Assembly (NCBI GenBank): GCA_031370785.1
Contig: JANMQY010000016.1
Location: forward strand, 32,001-96,000
From: Candidatus Eiseniibacteriota bacterium
GTDB taxonomy: Bacteria > Eisenbacteria > RBG-16-71-46
Direction: 5' to 3'
Length of the DNA: 64,000 bases
Shown here: positions 1-9,298 of the stretch, one piece after another
Layout of the letters: each line of letters begins with the position of its first letter
Numbering within the stretch: position 1 is the first letter of the stretch
Program-made: the position numbers and the translations under genes
The notes under the pieces: generated by a model
Told to the model about the DNA's origin: nothing
Seen by the model: the letters and a program-made list of their open reading frames with translations, nothing else
Database searches by the model: none

Positions 1-1343
1 TTCAACGTGGCCAGTCGCCGGGGCGCGCCGTCCTGGCTGCCCGAAGGCAGGCCGAGGTACTGGAGCGCGAGCCACTGGCCCATCTGTCCGCCGAGCGTCT
101 CGAGCGGGAGCGAGTAGGTGTCGATCGCGACGCGCCGGATCGGCGCGAACTCGGCATCGCCGGGCGGATTCTTCACGAACTCGCGGAACTGACGGCGCAG
201 GAATTCGGTGGCCGCAGCAGCGGAGTCGGTTCGCACCGGAGTCGCGACCGTGAACAGCCCGCCATCGCGCAGGGTGAGGATGGTTCCGCGCACGTTGTTC
301 CCGAGCATGCGCCGGACCTCGGGTCCGCGCAGCCCGGTGTCGTCCCCTCCCCCGAACAGGGTCGCGCCCAGGGTGAGCGGGAGATCGTCCTCGGAAGCGC
401 GGCCCGGGAGCAGCAGCGCGAGCCGTAGTTCGGTCGCGGTCGCCTCGGGCATGTCGACGATGCGGATCGGCCGGCGCGCAGAGGGCCCGTCGCCCGGCAG
501 CGCCGGACTCGGGATCGCGGCGGCGGTCCCGACCCAGCGGCCGAACCGGTCCTCGGCCGCGGCGAACGCCTCGTCCGGCGTCACGTCGCCCGCGATCGCG
601 AGCATGGCACCCGTCGGGCGGTAGCGGTCGCGGTAGAACGTGCGGATCTGATCGCGGGTCAGCGCGAGGATCGAGCTCTCGGTCCCGTAGGGCGGGCGGC
701 CATAGGGATGGTCCCCGAACGCCAGCGACCACGCCTGCTCATCGGCGGTCGACGACGGATCCGAGTGAAGCTGAGAGAGACTGCGCACTGCCTGCACCCG
801 CGTGTTGCGCAGCTCTTCGTCAGGGAAGATCGGATTGAGCGCGGCGTCGCTCAGCAGCTCCAACCCGGCGGTGAAGTCACGCGCGAGGAACGCTCCGTTC
901 ACGGTCGCGTAGTCGCGCGAGGCGCCCGAGGTGATGCTGCCGCCGAGCCGTTCGACGTCGGCGGCGAACCGCGCGGCATCGCGCGAGGTGGATCCGCGCC
1001 GGATCAGCTGCGCGGTCAGGTAGGCGACCCCGTTCGCTCCGGCCGGCTCGGCCGAGATTCCGGCGGGCACCAGCAATTCCATCTGGACGATCGGTAGCCG
1101 TTTGCTCGGGAACACCGCCACGGTGAGTCCGTTGGAGAGCTTGCGCACCACCGGATCCACCTGCTGGAACGGCGGGCTCGGCGTCTGGGGAATGACGGGA
1201 CTTGGGGCCCGGGCCGGCGCGATGGTGCGCGCCGGTACGGCGCGACGTGCCGCAGCCGCAGGCGGCGCGGTTGCGGATCGCGCGACCGCGCCGCACAGCA
1301 TCAGCGCAGCGAGCGCCGGGAGGAGCTGGAGTGACCGGTTCAT
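1..1343 (-). CDS. M16B (pitrilysin-family) peptidase, non-catalytic subunit, exported; 3' end lies outside the window
   Basis: Not in the ORF track. Manual translation from ATG at 1343 (overlaps the upstream stop): MNRSLQLLPALAALMLCG (signal peptide)...VRKLSNGLTVAVFP...GVAYLTAQLIRRGS...FGDHPYGRPPYGTESSILALTRDQIRTFYRDRYRP. These are M16 motifs, with no HxxEH. Confidence 0.85.
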   Translation of the reverse strand, partial: MNRSLQLLPALAALMLCGAVARSATAPPAAAARRAVPARTIAPARAPSPVIPQTPSPPFQQVDPVVRKLSNGLTVAVFPSKRLPIVQMELLVPAGISAEPAGANGVAYLTAQLIRRGSTSRDAARFAADVERLGGSITSGASRDYATVNGAFLARDFTAGLELLSDAALNPIFPDEELRNTRVQAVRSLSQLHSDPSSTADEQAWSLAFGDHPYGRPPYGTESSILALTRDQIRTFYRDRYRPTGAMLAIAGDVTPDEAFAAAEDRFGRWVGTAAAIPSPALPGDGPSARRPIRIVDMPEATATELRLALLLPGRASEDDLPLTLGATLFGGGDDTGLRGPEVRRMLGNNVRGTILTLRDGGLFTVATPVRTDSAAAATEFLRRQFREFVKNPPGDAEFAPIRRVAIDTYSLPLETLGGQMGQWLALQYLGLPSGSQDGAPRRLATL

Positions 1344-2725
1344 CAGCGGCCTCCCTTCGGCGTGGGCACGGGCGCTGGACGCGGCGCGCGCGGTCCGGGG
1401 GACCCGGGAGCCTGCGCTGCCCCCGGCATGAGCCAGACCAGCGCGCGATTCCGGGGCGTCAGCACTCTCGCGGCGACCCGGCTCACGTCCTCGGCGGACA
1501 GGGCGCGCAGCTGCGCGAGGCGGCGCTCCAGGATCGTGACATCGCCATCCAGCAGGCGCGCAGCCCCGAGCGACTGCGCAAAGCCGCGCGTCGTCTGCCA
1601 GCCCATGAGCAGCTCGGCCTCGGCCTGACGCTTCGCGCCCTCGAGCTCTTCGGGCTGAAGCGGTTCCCCGGCCAGCTTCTCGACCTCGTTCAGAAGCGCG
1701 CTCTCGACCGCCGCGGTGTCGGCACCCGGACGGGCCGCCGCGATCGCGAACAGCAATCCGCCCTCGCGCCGGCTGTCGAGGTCGCCCTGGGTGAGCAGGC
1801 ACAGCCGCTGCTTCTGGACCAGCTCGCGCTCGAGTCGATGCCCGCTGCCGAGCGCGCGCGCCAGCACCTCGAGCGCCGCGCCATCGGCGCTGCTGTCGGG
1901 CGGCGTGCGCCAGCCCGCGAACACCAGCGGCACCTGAGCTTCGCTATTGCGCCGCGCACGACCGCCGGCCGCGGCGGTCGCGACCGGCGCGGTCGGGAGA
2001 GATGGGCGACGGGCGACGCCCGAGAATGCGCGGCGCACCGACGCTTCGGCGACCGCGGGATCGAACCGGCCGACCACAGTGACCAGCGCGTTGCCCGGAC
2101 CGTAGCGCTCGCGGTGGAACGCGATGCAGTCGGCGAGCGTGATGCGTGGCAGATCGCCGGTCAGCCCGCTCGCCGGCCAGCGATAGGGATGCCCCGCCCA
2201 CGCGAGCGCATACAGCGCACGCAGGCCCTGGCCGACCGGCGCATTTTCCGCGCTCGATGCCTTGCGCGCGGCGATTGCCTGGCGCCGTGCGGCTTCGACG
2301 GTGGCGGCGGTGAGCGTGACCGATGCCATGCGGTCCGCCTCGAGCACCAGCGCGAGATCGAGCGCCGGGGGCGGCACGGTCTCGTAGAAGCAGGAATAGT
2401 CCGGCGTGGTGAACGTGCCCAGCGTGCCGCCGGCCGCCGCGATGCGCTGCCGATGCTCCCCGGAGCCGAAGCGCGAGGAGCCCGCGAACATCAGGCCTTC
2501 GATGAGATGCGTGATCCCGGTTCTGCCGGCGCGCTCCCAGCGCGTTCCTGCCCTGTACCAGACCGCGACATCGACCGTGGTCGCGGCGGGATCGGGCGCG
2601 AGCAGCACGGTGAGTCCGTTCTCCAGCTTCAGCTCCTTCACCGGCGCCGGCAGATCCGCGGCCCGGCCGGGCGCAGCCATCAACGCCAGCGCCAGAGCCA
2701 CGGCCGGCCCCATGCAGGTCTTCAT
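1343..2725 (-). CDS. M16B family peptidase, exported, with degenerate Zn motif (HLIEG)
   Basis: LENGLTVLL, VWYRAG, GITHLIEGLMFAGS, LEADRM, HPYRWP; signal peptide; start placed at MKTCMG. Confidence 0.88.
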   Translation of the reverse strand: MKTCMGPAVALALALMAAPGRAADLPAPVKELKLENGLTVLLAPDPAATTVDVAVWYRAGTRWERAGRTGITHLIEGLMFAGSSRFGSGEHRQRIAAAGGTLGTFTTPDYSCFYETVPPPALDLALVLEADRMASVTLTAATVEAARRQAIAARKASSAENAPVGQGLRALYALAWAGHPYRWPASGLTGDLPRITLADCIAFHRERYGPGNALVTVVGRFDPAVAEASVRRAFSGVARRPSLPTAPVATAAAGGRARRNSEAQVPLVFAGWRTPPDSSADGAALEVLARALGSGHRLERELVQKQRLCLLTQGDLDSRREGGLLFAIAAARPGADTAAVESALLNEVEKLAGEPLQPEELEGAKRQAEAELLMGWQTTRGFAQSLGAARLLDGDVTILERRLAQLRALSAEDVSRVAARVLTPRNRALVWLMPGAAQAPGSPGPRAPRPAPVPTPKGGR

Positions 2726-2751
2726 TCGATTTGCCTTTCGTCGAGTTCGCT

Positions 2752-4617
2752 TCAGCGCAGCCACACCACTCGCGCCGCCGAGCGATGCCCGGCGGCCTCG
2801 AATGCCACGAAGTAGAGTCCGGCGCCGACACTGTGGCCGTCGTCGTCACGGCCGTTCCATTCGACCGTCCGGTATTCGCCACGCGCGATCACGCCCGAGA
2901 ACAGTCCACGCACGCGGCGACCCTGGGCGTCGAACACATCGAGCCGGGCGGAAGCGGATGGCGGAGATCCCGCGCCCAGCGCGAAGCGGATCGCGCTCCC
3001 ACCGTCGCAGGAGGAGAGCGGATTGGGCCCGAGCAGGGCGAGACCGAGCGCGGCGACGGGCGGCGTGCCCACGCTCACACCCGGGAAGCCCCAGCGCAGC
3101 GCGGCCAGGCCATTGGGAATGCCGTAGCCCCTGAGCGTGTCGGGGGAACCCGCCTGCGAGGCGGTCTCGCGCAGCGCGCGGATGATCATCGAAGGCGTGA
3201 AGTGCGGGCGGGCCTGGATCAGGCAGGCCGTGAGCCCGGCGAGGATCGGGGTCGAGAACGAGGTTCCGCTCCCGAATCCGTAGGCCTGCGGGTTGCCGTT
3301 CGACGAGACCAGCGAATTGGAGACGCCGAGCGCGCACAGGTCGGGCTTGATGCGGCCATCGGCGCTCGGGCCACGAGAAGAGAAGTTGGCCAGCACACCG
3401 CTGGAGTTGACCGCCCCGACCGCGATCAGGCTGTCCCCGTGGACGTCGGCGGGCGCGACGATCTTCTTCCAGAGCTTGTCGCCTTCGTTACCCGCGGCGT
3501 TCAGCACCAGGATGCCCTTGGCCGCGGCGATCTCGGCGGCGCGCGACACCACCGTCGTGTGGCCGTCCATGTCGGCGTAGGTGTAGCTGCCGACGCCGCC
3601 ATCGAACTGGTTGTAGCCGAGCGATGAAGTGATGAGATCCGCGCCCAGGCTGTCCGCCCACTCCGCGCCCATCCCCCAGTTCACCATCTCCTGCGGTGTC
3701 TCGCTGAAGTAATTCTCGGTGCGGCCAAGCGCGTATGTGGCGCCGAAGGCCGAGCCCATGTAGACGCCCGACCTGTTGCCGGCGATGCAGCCCATCACGT
3801 TGGTTCCGTGGTTGTAACCGACCCCGCTCGTGGTGTCGCTGGCCAGCGTGTCACCACCGACGAAGTCGCGTTCGTGGCCGGGGCCGAGCAGCACGTTTCG
3901 CAGCGCTTCGTGCTTGCTGTGGAAGTTGAAGCCCTCGTCGAGAATGCACACCAGCACGCCGGTGCCGATGTAGCCGGAATCATGCACCGCCGGCACCCCG
4001 ATCTGGGTCATCGCGCCTGTCATCATGGAGCCGTAGTCGAAGCTCGTCACCCGCTTCATGCAGGTGGCGCATTCCACCGCCGAAGGCGCAACCTCGGGAG
4101 TGCCGTCGTCGGGGGCCGGGCGCATGCGCGTCGCCAGCTCGACCGGGCGCAGGTGCTGGACGAATGGAAGCGCGGCGAGATCGACGAGGCGCCCGGCGGG
4201 CACGCGAACGGCCACGCGATTGAACCACCGCGACTGGCCGTAGGGCACGAGGCCGCGCGCGCGAAGTGCATCGACGTAGGGCGCGTGCAGCGGCACGTCG
4301 AGGTAGTCCACCAGAGGCGAGACGCGGGCGCGCTCGCGCCGCGCGCGGCTGCGCGGGCTCAGCTCGGTCTCGGCGCGCGCGAGCATCATCGCCAGCTCGC
4401 CGGGACTCCTTTCACCCTTGTCTGAAAAGGAAACCCACACCGAAACCGGCTCCTCGGGTGTCGCGAGCGCGGCGGCCAGGCGCGGGTCGAGCTTGAGCGC
4501 GACGCGTTCATCGAGCGGCGCGACCACCTTTGAGAGGTCGGGCGCCGGCGCGGCGATCGAGCGCGAGGCAGCGCCCACCATCAGGATGCTGAGCAGGATG
4601 CGAAGTCCCGGTCTCAC
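2752..4617 (-). CDS. S8 subtilisin-family serine protease with C-terminal FlgD-Ig/T9SS-like domain
   Basis: Catalytic triad motifs ILDEGF, HGTNVMG, SGTSFSTP; AAGN oxyanion residue; C-terminus GPNP...DVFDAQGRRVR...WNGRDDDG..VGAGLYF. Confidence 0.93.
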   Translation of the reverse strand: MRPGLRILLSILMVGAASRSIAAPAPDLSKVVAPLDERVALKLDPRLAAALATPEEPVSVWVSFSDKGERSPGELAMMLARAETELSPRSRARRERARVSPLVDYLDVPLHAPYVDALRARGLVPYGQSRWFNRVAVRVPAGRLVDLAALPFVQHLRPVELATRMRPAPDDGTPEVAPSAVECATCMKRVTSFDYGSMMTGAMTQIGVPAVHDSGYIGTGVLVCILDEGFNFHSKHEALRNVLLGPGHERDFVGGDTLASDTTSGVGYNHGTNVMGCIAGNRSGVYMGSAFGATYALGRTENYFSETPQEMVNWGMGAEWADSLGADLITSSLGYNQFDGGVGSYTYADMDGHTTVVSRAAEIAAAKGILVLNAAGNEGDKLWKKIVAPADVHGDSLIAVGAVNSSGVLANFSSRGPSADGRIKPDLCALGVSNSLVSSNGNPQAYGFGSGTSFSTPILAGLTACLIQARPHFTPSMIIRALRETASQAGSPDTLRGYGIPNGLAALRWGFPGVSVGTPPVAALGLALLGPNPLSSCDGGSAIRFALGAGSPPSASARLDVFDAQGRRVRGLFSGVIARGEYRTVEWNGRDDDGHSVGAGLYFVAFEAAGHRSAARVVWLR

Positions 4618-4689
4618 GTGTTCTCCACGAAGTCACCCTGGGGACGAGGAAACATTCGCCCCAGGCGACAGATGATATCCGGATCGGGG

Positions 4690-5709
4690 TCAGCCGACCG
4701 CGGGCTCCAGTCTTCTTGCGACCGCTTCGATCACGCCGACTTCGAGTCCGGCGTGGTTGCGCAGGATCGGCCTCGCCAGGTCGGCGAGCCGTTCCGCCTC
4801 GCCCGGCTCCAGCGCGCCGAGCTGATCGAGCGCGGCGAACAGCGCCGGCCCCAGACCGCGTGCCTGCCCGTCCTCGGATTTGAGCGCGAGGCCCAGGTCA
4901 CGTGCGGGGAGCGCGACGCACTCGAGTCCCTCGGCTCCGCCCTTGGCGATCCGATCCTTCGCTCCGCGTTCCATCAGCTCGCTGCTCAACCTTCCCACCC
5001 CTCCGGTCGCGCGCGGATACGCGCGCATCGCGCCGCGGATCCGCGCCAGCGCGCTCTCGCGCGCATCACCCGATTCGCTTGCCGCGGCAAGCCGGGCATA
5101 GGCGCGCGCCATGCCCGACAGCGGCAGCGCGAACACCACCACGCTGCACCCGTCCACCGCAGTCAGCAGCGAATCCGCCGACACTCCGCACAGTTCGGCG
5201 ATGGTGCGACACATGAGCTGCTGCACGGGATGATCGGCCCGCTCGTAGCCGCGTACCGGCCAGCCTTCGGAGAGCGCGAGGCACAGCATCCCGGCGTGTT
5301 TTCCCGAGCAGTTATTGTACAGGCCCGAGCGCTTCTCAGGATGGGCCTTCACATCGGCCAGGGATTCGGGATCGAGCGGGTCGTGATAGCCGCATGCGAG
5401 CGCGGAGGCGTCGAGTCCGAGCCGGTCGAGCACCCCGGAGACCAGCTCGAGATGATAGGAGCTGCCGGTGTGCGAGGCGCACATCACCGCCAGCTCCTGG
5501 TCGGTGAGCTTCCAGCGCTCTGCGTGACCGCGCTCGACCAGCGGCAGGAGCTGGAAGGGTTTGGCGGCCGAGCGGAAGGTCGTGACCATCCCGGGCCGTT
5601 CGGTCTCGAGCGCCATCCGCCCGTCCGGGTCGACGGCGACCGCCTGGATGCGGTGGACCGACTCGGCGATCTCCCCGCGGCGAACCACCACGTCGAGTCT
5701 CAGACGCAT
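4690..5709 (-). CDS. L-asparaginase, Rhizobium-type (asparaginase II family)
   Basis: ESVH, RSAAKPFQ, CASHTG, NNCSGKHAG, DGC, KGGAEG, KSEDG motifs. Confidence 0.9.
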   Translation of the reverse strand: MRLRLDVVVRRGEIAESVHRIQAVAVDPDGRMALETERPGMVTTFRSAAKPFQLLPLVERGHAERWKLTDQELAVMCASHTGSSYHLELVSGVLDRLGLDASALACGYHDPLDPESLADVKAHPEKRSGLYNNCSGKHAGMLCLALSEGWPVRGYERADHPVQQLMCRTIAELCGVSADSLLTAVDGCSVVVFALPLSGMARAYARLAAASESGDARESALARIRGAMRAYPRATGGVGRLSSELMERGAKDRIAKGGAEGLECVALPARDLGLALKSEDGQARGLGPALFAALDQLGALEPGEAERLADLARPILRNHAGLEVGVIEAVARRLEPAVG

Positions 5710-5767
5710 GTCCGGATGCGGGGCGGAAGCGCGAGGGCCCGCGACTCGACGGCGCGGACCACGCGGA

Positions 5768-6853
5768 TCAGCGCACCACCACGAAGCGGCTCTGGAACGA
5801 GAATGAACTCGCCTCCACGCGATAGACGTAGATGCCGGAGGCGACCGCCTGGCCGTTCGCGTTGGTCAGATTCCAGCGTTCGAAGTCGCGCACCGGATCG
5901 TCGTGCTTGAGCGTGGTGACGAGGTCCCCGGCGACGGTGTAGACGCGGATCGTGGATTGGGCGGGCAGGTTGATGAAATGGACCTCGTGATCGCCCGAGC
6001 GATCCCACACCTCGTGCGCTCGATACGGATTGGGCACGACCGCGACGCGCTCCAGATTCGAGGTGGGCCCGCCGGTCGGCTCGATCGGCGCGGCGATCAT
6101 GTTCGTGTTCTTGCTATTCAGGTTGGTGCGCGGGCAGGTCGTGGAGTCCCCATAGGTCCCGCACCGCGCGTAATTGCCCGAGGTGTCGTAGGGGCCCGGC
6201 ACGAAGAGATCGGAGTAGGTGTTGTCCAGCAGATTCAGGCCCTCGTAGGTGATCGAGTACCAGGTGCGGAAGCCATCATGGGGCCCGGGCGGCGCGATCA
6301 GGCGGATGACTGAGTCGCCGCGGGAAAGGCAGCGCCCGAGCGCGTCGAGCAGGCGGCACTGCTTCACGTAGTTTCCGTTGGAATCCGGATCCACGAAGGT
6401 CACGACGCTGTCGTGCGCAACGCTGCCCTGACACATGAACTCGAGCGTGGTCGGATCCACCACCGAAAAGTTCCAGGTGCGCGCGTCGCCGAAATTCCGC
6501 GAGAAGCGGCGGATCAGCTGCATGCGGGTGGTGTCGGGTGTGCCGACCACCCGGTAGATACGATAGCCCCCGAAGTCCGCGCGCGCCTCGGCCCGGCGAT
6601 CGCGCAGGAACCGCAGCGACACCGTACGCGGTTTTGCCTCGAGGCTCTCAGCCGGCAGACCCTGGAACAACCCGACGCACAACTGCGGAATGTAGAGGCT
6701 GCTGTCGCGGAACGCGCCGGAGAGTGCCCAGACCGGAATGCGAGGGAAGCCGGCCTGCGCATCGCTGCGTGACACGAACCCGGCGCCGGCCGCAAGGGCC
6801 AGCGCCAGGATCAGGAGCAGACGTCGGAACGAGATTTCACGGTCCTGCGCCAT
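5768..6853 (-). CDS. Secreted hypothetical protein with C-terminal PNPY-type sorting-like Ig domain
   Basis: Signal peptide; DFGGYRIYR; C-terminus VAVVPNPY...VHFINLP...IRVYTVAGDLV...WNLTNANGQAVASGIYVY. Confidence 0.8.
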   Translation of the reverse strand: MAQDREISFRRLLLILALALAAGAGFVSRSDAQAGFPRIPVWALSGAFRDSSLYIPQLCVGLFQGLPAESLEAKPRTVSLRFLRDRRAEARADFGGYRIYRVVGTPDTTRMQLIRRFSRNFGDARTWNFSVVDPTTLEFMCQGSVAHDSVVTFVDPDSNGNYVKQCRLLDALGRCLSRGDSVIRLIAPPGPHDGFRTWYSITYEGLNLLDNTYSDLFVPGPYDTSGNYARCGTYGDSTTCPRTNLNSKNTNMIAAPIEPTGGPTSNLERVAVVPNPYRAHEVWDRSGDHEVHFINLPAQSTIRVYTVAGDLVTTLKHDDPVRDFERWNLTNANGQAVASGIYVYRVEASSFSFQSRFVVVR

Positions 6854-6859
6854 GCGGTC

Positions 6860-9298
6860 TTACTCCAGGGGTTTTCGGACAGGTCCGGTCGGAAGCGGCG
6901 TCGCTCGCTGGTCGCGCAGCACGCGATCGACCGCTCGCGACGATCCACGTGGTGCACTGCGGAGCACCGGCGTGACGCCTCCCTTCCAGGCACTGGCGGG
7001 CACCAGATTCGTGCGCGGCATGGGGCCGGTGCGTGGAATGCCGAAGACATCGGTGAGCACGAACCGTGATACGGCCTCCGCGTCCGAACGCGTGAAGAAC
7101 CAGACCGGAAACCCCGAGAACACCAGCGGACCGTTCGCCTGGCCATGGTAGTAGGTCATGACCGGGCCGAGGAAGAAGTTCGAGGTCGACACGCTGTACA
7201 GCGTGTCGAGGGCCGACTGCTCGTTCACTCCAAGGATCGACGGATCGAAATCCTCGATGATGAAGTTTGGCGCCGTGGCCGTGATGTACTCGATCTCCTT
7301 GTCGACCTGATAGAACGCCGCCGGTCCCTGGCCCGTGCGATTCGGCGGGAACGGGTCCAGGCTCGGATTCTTGGGACGAATGTACTGTGGCAGCAACCCG
7401 TAGTTGGGCGGACCAGGGATGTCGCGATTCGGCCCGTGGCCGGTCCAGGGAACGCCGATACGGGAATACTTGCTCACGGCGGTTGGTGTAATCGTCGCCG
7501 AAGTATTGGCGACTTCAGTCCGCCAGTGCACGAGGTCGTACATCATGCGTCCCGGGATCAGTTCGTTGCGATTGCCGTTCCAGATCGAAGTCTGGTTGCT
7601 GCGGTTCGTCCAGTCCTTGAGACTCGCGAGCGCAATGCCCCCGCCCATGAGCCACAGCCGGCCGCCCGACTTGCTGTAGGTGGCAATCGTGTTGACGTGG
7701 TTGGGGAAGGCCATGTAGCGCAAAGATGTGTATTTCTTCCCCGCGCCGAACACGATGGTCGCCCCCGCCTGATCGACGAACCAGACCACCGTACGATACT
7801 GGCCCATGATGGAAAGTGGGAAGGTCTGGTCGATCTTGCCGGTCTCGGTGGTGGCGGTGTCGTATGCGTAGCCGCTGAACAGGCCCGGTGGTGAGATCGT
7901 TCCCGTCGGGTACTTCTGCCAGGGCACACCGCCCACCGCGAACAGGAACGTGTCGAGCTCGGCTCGTGACGGCCAGGGCCCGGTCGGCGCCTTGTAGTCG
8001 CCAGGGCCAAAGCCGGGAGGATACGGCGGTGTCAGCGTCTGGTCGACGGTCAGGCGGGTGTCGTTGACGAACAGCACCGGCTTCGCGAAGGTCGGCTTGA
8101 CCACCGTGAACCGGATCGCGCCCAGGCTCTTGAGGCCGTTGTTGTCGGTCGCCTCGATGTAGAAGCGAAGCAGCGTGTCACGCGCGAACGGTCCGACCGT
8201 TGCCGAGGTGGTCCCGAGGGATGGCGCCGACCAGTGACTGACGTCGGTCTGCTCGTTCGTGCGCGGGGTCTCATCACCCACGTCGCCGCCGAGTTTCCAG
8301 CGATAGCTTTCGATGTCCGCGCCTTCGCGGGCCGGGTCGGCGAACCAGTTGAAGGTCACCGGCTGATTCGCCGGGATCTCCAGGGCCACTTCGCACCGCG
8401 GGTCGTTGCAGTAGCCGCCGCTCGGATACCTGTAGAAGAAGAATTCGTTGAACATCGTGATGACCGGCCCGTTGCTCCCCGCAAACGTGGTCCGGAGTCG
8501 GAGCATGTTGGTGTCGAGCGAGAAGATGGGCGAGTACGCGCCCGCCTCGTCGAACGCGACCACTGCGAACAGATAGTCGGTGTTTGGGGACAGATTCGTA
8601 TATTGAACGGTGGTGGTGTCGGTGCTGCTCGAATCCCAGCCCACGAAATTGGGCGCGAAGAAGATTCGGAACGCATTGGGGTCGCGTATCGCCTCACTGA
8701 TGGGATACGCGCCGCCGGGAGCGAACAGCTTGAACTTGTATTTTTTCGGCTTGGTGCTGCTCTGGCCGTCAGGATCGGTCCCGGTCCAGTTGATTCGCAC
8801 CGCGGGCGTGACGTACGCCACCGAGAGGTGCGTGGGCCTCGGCGACAGGATGAGCACCGTGGGCGCGACGGTGTACGAGTAGAAGGAACGGGTCACGGCC
8901 TCGCAGGTGTCCCCCTGATCATCGACCGCGACGATATAGAAGGTATGGAAATCGGAGGAACGATCCTCCGAAGTGCCGCCGGTGGTGTCCGGGCGCGCTG
9001 CCGCGAACTGGATGATCTGCTCGTTCTTGGTGGTGAGCGTCCGCGGGATCTTCTTTCCGTCGTCCGCCCAGTAGATGTAGTGGTCCACGCGACCATCTGG
9101 ATCGTATCCGACCCAGTTGATCCGGTAGGAATAGAAGTAGCGGTTGGTCGTGTCGTACGGCGCGCTGCTGAGGCGCACCGTCGGCGGCTGGTTCGGCACG
9201 AGCGCGCTCTTCAGGCTCTTGCTGCAGCCGGACGCCGCGAGCGCGGCCAGAGCCGCGACCAGCAGCGAGAGGCTCAGGGCGAGGCGCGTGGACTTCAT
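6860..9298 (-). CDS. Uncharacterised large lipoprotein with repeated Fn3/Ig-like beta modules
   Basis: Lipobox AASGC; repeats of W-x-G-x-D-P-D-G ... F-x-V-x-A-x-D-x-x-G; ATGA overlap with the upstream gene. Confidence 0.8.
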   Translation of the reverse strand: MKSTRLALSLSLLVAALAALAASGCSKSLKSALVPNQPPTVRLSSAPYDTTNRYFYSYRINWVGYDPDGRVDHYIYWADDGKKIPRTLTTKNEQIIQFAAARPDTTGGTSEDRSSDFHTFYIVAVDDQGDTCEAVTRSFYSYTVAPTVLILSPRPTHLSVAYVTPAVRINWTGTDPDGQSSTKPKKYKFKLFAPGGAYPISEAIRDPNAFRIFFAPNFVGWDSSSTDTTTVQYTNLSPNTDYLFAVVAFDEAGAYSPIFSLDTNMLRLRTTFAGSNGPVITMFNEFFFYRYPSGGYCNDPRCEVALEIPANQPVTFNWFADPAREGADIESYRWKLGGDVGDETPRTNEQTDVSHWSAPSLGTTSATVGPFARDTLLRFYIEATDNNGLKSLGAIRFTVVKPTFAKPVLFVNDTRLTVDQTLTPPYPPGFGPGDYKAPTGPWPSRAELDTFLFAVGGVPWQKYPTGTISPPGLFSGYAYDTATTETGKIDQTFPLSIMGQYRTVVWFVDQAGATIVFGAGKKYTSLRYMAFPNHVNTIATYSKSGGRLWLMGGGIALASLKDWTNRSNQTSIWNGNRNELIPGRMMYDLVHWRTEVANTSATITPTAVSKYSRIGVPWTGHGPNRDIPGPPNYGLLPQYIRPKNPSLDPFPPNRTGQGPAAFYQVDKEIEYITATAPNFIIEDFDPSILGVNEQSALDTLYSVSTSNFFLGPVMTYYHGQANGPLVFSGFPVWFFTRSDAEAVSRFVLTDVFGIPRTGPMPRTNLVPASAWKGGVTPVLRSAPRGSSRAVDRVLRDQRATPLPTGPVRKPLE

